DNA of 64,000 bases from a bacterium (GTDB lineage: Bacteria; Zhuqueibacterota; Zhuqueibacteria; Zhuqueibacterales; Zhuqueibacteraceae), in the NCBI GenBank assembly GCA_044869275.1, contig JBIOXB010000163.1, positions 1-64,000 on the forward strand, given 5' to 3'. Each line of letters opens with the position of its first letter. Positions within the stretch are counted from its first letter, which is position 1. Shown in pieces: positions 62,114 to 64,000 of this stretch. Below the pieces are notes generated by a model that had not been told where the DNA came from, searched no databases, and saw only the letters and a program-made list of their open reading frames with translations. The position numbers were made by a program, and so were the translations under genes.

Positions 62114-64000
62114 ATGTTCAACCCCCAATCCAGTAACCCCGCGCCTGCGGAAGCCAATGCCGGAGCCTTGCCCGCCGGCACGCCCACCGCGGACGCGCTA
62201 GCTTCTCACCCAACCGCTTTGCAGAACGGCAAGAAGACCTCACGCTACGGTAGCGACATCAAAGTCGTTTCGCAGAACGAGCTCGTAGAAGAGCGTGACT
62301 ATTCTGAGGAAGAATATGGCAATTTCAAGCGCCTGTATGAGGATACGCTTTCGGAGTTCGTCGAAGGCCAATTGCTGATCGGCAAAGTGCTGGCGATTAC
62401 CAGCAAGGAAGTGGCCGTTGACATCGGCTTCAAGAGTGAAGGTGTGATTCCCATCGACGAGTTCGTCAATCCGGAGGAACTGAAAATCGGCGACGATATC
62501 GAAGTTTTCCTCGATAACGTCGAAGATCAAGACGGCCAGCTCGTGCTTTCCAAAAAGAAAGCCGATTTCATGCGCGTTTGGGAAAAAGTTTTGGAGGCGC
62601 ACGAACGCGGCGAGATCGTGCGCGGCCGCTGCGTGCGCCGCATCAAAGGCGGCATCGTGGTCGATCTCATGGGCATCGACGCCTTCCTGCCCGGATCGCA
62701 AATCGATTTGAAGCCCATCCGCGATTTTGATGCCTATATCGGCCAGAAGATGGATTTCCGCGTGGTGAAAGTCAATGAGCTGCGCAAAAATATCGTGGTG
62801 TCGCATCGCGTGCTCGTGGAAGAGGCCATGTCCGAGCAGCGCGGGAAGATTCTCGCTCATTTGGCCAAAGGCCAGGTGCTCGAAGGAATGGTCAAGAACA
62901 TCACCGACTTCGGCGTGTTCATCGATCTCGGCGGCGTGGACGGCTTGTTGCACATCAACGATCTGTCCTGGGGCCGCGTCGGCCATCCTTCTGAGATCGT
63001 CTCGCTCGATCAAAAGATCAAGGTGCAGGTGCTGGATTACAATGAGGCCAAGGACCGGATTTCGCTGGGCCTCAAGCAATTGCTGCCGCATCCGTGGATC
63101 GACGTTGACAAGAAATACCCGGTGGGCTCCGTGATTCGCGGCAAAGTGGTGAGCATTTCCGATTACGGCGCTTTCGTGGAACTGGAAAAAGGCGTCGAAG
63201 GCCTGATCCACATTTCAGAAATGAGCTGGACCCAGCACATTCGCCACCCCAGCAAGCTGGTTTCCGTCGGCGAAATGGTCGATGCCAAGGTGTTGAACAT
63301 CGATCTCGAAGAGCGTAAAATTTCCCTCGGCCTCAAGCAGCTCGAGCCGGATCCCTGGCAGGACATCGAAAGAAAGTATCCCGTGGGCTCGCATCAAAAA
63401 GGCGTGGTGCGCAACCTCACCAACTTCGGCGCTTTCGTGGAGTTGGAGGAGGGTATTGACGGCTTGGTGCACATCTCCGATCTGTCGTGGACCAAAAAGA
63501 TTCGCCATCCCGGCGAAGTGGTGAAGAAAGGCGACGAGATCGACGTGGTGGTGTTGAACGTCGACAAAAACAACCGGCGCATTTCACTGGGCTACAAACA
63601 GACCAAGGTGAACCCCTGGGATATTTTTGAGAACGAGTACAAAGTTCACACCAAGACCCAGGGCAAGATCGTGCGCATGATCGATAAGGGTGTGATCATC
63701 GAATTGCCCTCTGAAGTCGACGGCTTTGTGCCGATTTCGCATCTCGCCAAGCCGAATCTCACCAAACCGGCGGACGGTTATGCCGTGGGTGATTCCCTGG
63801 AGCTGGTGGTCATCGAATTCAACAAGGATAACAAAAAGATCATCCTGTCTGAAAAGCTGACCAAAGAGCAGCTCGCCGAAGGCGAAGGCGGCAAGAAAAA
63901 GAAGAAGGGCAAAAAAGGCACTGAAGCCGAGGCCGCTGTTCCGGCCGAGGGCGAAGGCATCGTGACCGGCTATGAAGATTTCAATATCGAGGACAGCTAC
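62114..64000 (+). CDS. rpsA: 30S ribosomal protein S1 (runs off the window; absent from the ORF track)
   Basis: AAGGAGG RBS; VDIGFKSEG; AFLPGSQID; repeated S1 domains (FG.F..L..G.DGL.HI.D.SW); no stop before 64000. Confidence 0.95.
   Translation, partial: MFNPQSSNPAPAEANAGALPAGTPTADALASHPTALQNGKKTSRYGSDIKVVSQNELVEERDYSEEEYGNFKRLYEDTLSEFVEGQLLIGKVLAITSKEVAVDIGFKSEGVIPIDEFVNPEELKIGDDIEVFLDNVEDQDGQLVLSKKKADFMRVWEKVLEAHERGEIVRGRCVRRIKGGIVVDLMGIDAFLPGSQIDLKPIRDFDAYIGQKMDFRVVKVNELRKNIVVSHRVLVEEAMSEQRGKILAHLAKGQVLEGMVKNITDFGVFIDLGGVDGLLHINDLSWGRVGHPSEIVSLDQKIKVQVLDYNEAKDRISLGLKQLLPHPWIDVDKKYPVGSVIRGKVVSISDYGAFVELEKGVEGLIHISEMSWTQHIRHPSKLVSVGEMVDAKVLNIDLEERKISLGLKQLEPDPWQDIERKYPVGSHQKGVVRNLTNFGAFVELEEGIDGLVHISDLSWTKKIRHPGEVVKKGDEIDVVVLNVDKNNRRISLGYKQTKVNPWDIFENEYKVHTKTQGKIVRMIDKGVIIELPSEVDGFVPISHLAKPNLTKPADGYAVGDSLELVVIEFNKDNKKIILSEKLTKEQLAEGEGGKKKKKGKKGTEAEAAVPAEGEGIVTGYEDFNIEDSY

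Overview
A ~55% GC bacterial chromosome segment, most likely from an FCB-group lineage such as candidate phylum KSB1. This is an inference from the many secreted proteins ending in 'QNYPNPFNP' T9SS-A/FlgD-type tails and a short Bacteroidota-type RpoD. The left end has the 3' end of a group II intron, a low-GC nucleotidyltransferase gene and an integron attC site. A cluster of secreted beta-propeller, FG-GAP and peptidase genes follows (1.3-10.5 kb), then a minus-strand accessory tract with several pseudogenes (10.6-16.7 kb). Next come a GntR/YtrA-type ABC operon led by a truncated-GntR::GAF::SpoIIE fusion, a membrane AraC regulator, a VPS10/BNR protein, moxR-DUF58-sensor kinase, rlmN, rpoD-like, M23 peptidase, csp (with a long structured leader) and an apparently leaderless arginase. 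The right half holds a sigma54 two-component system with an unusual FG-GAP/ASPIC sensor kinase, a PDZ-SpoIIE phosphatase, a 4-hydroxybenzoyl-CoA-reductase-like hcrCAB operon coupled to an amino-acid dehydrogenase, and the housekeeping run HNH-trpS-scpA-scpB-rluB-(SDR-like)-cmk-plsC-rpsA, with rpsA cut by the window edge. Intergenic DNA is dense in MITEs, REP-like hairpins, an 18-bp mini-palindrome and short-period tandem palindromes. No rRNA, tRNA or CRISPR array was seen. All calls come from reading the sequence, with no database searches.
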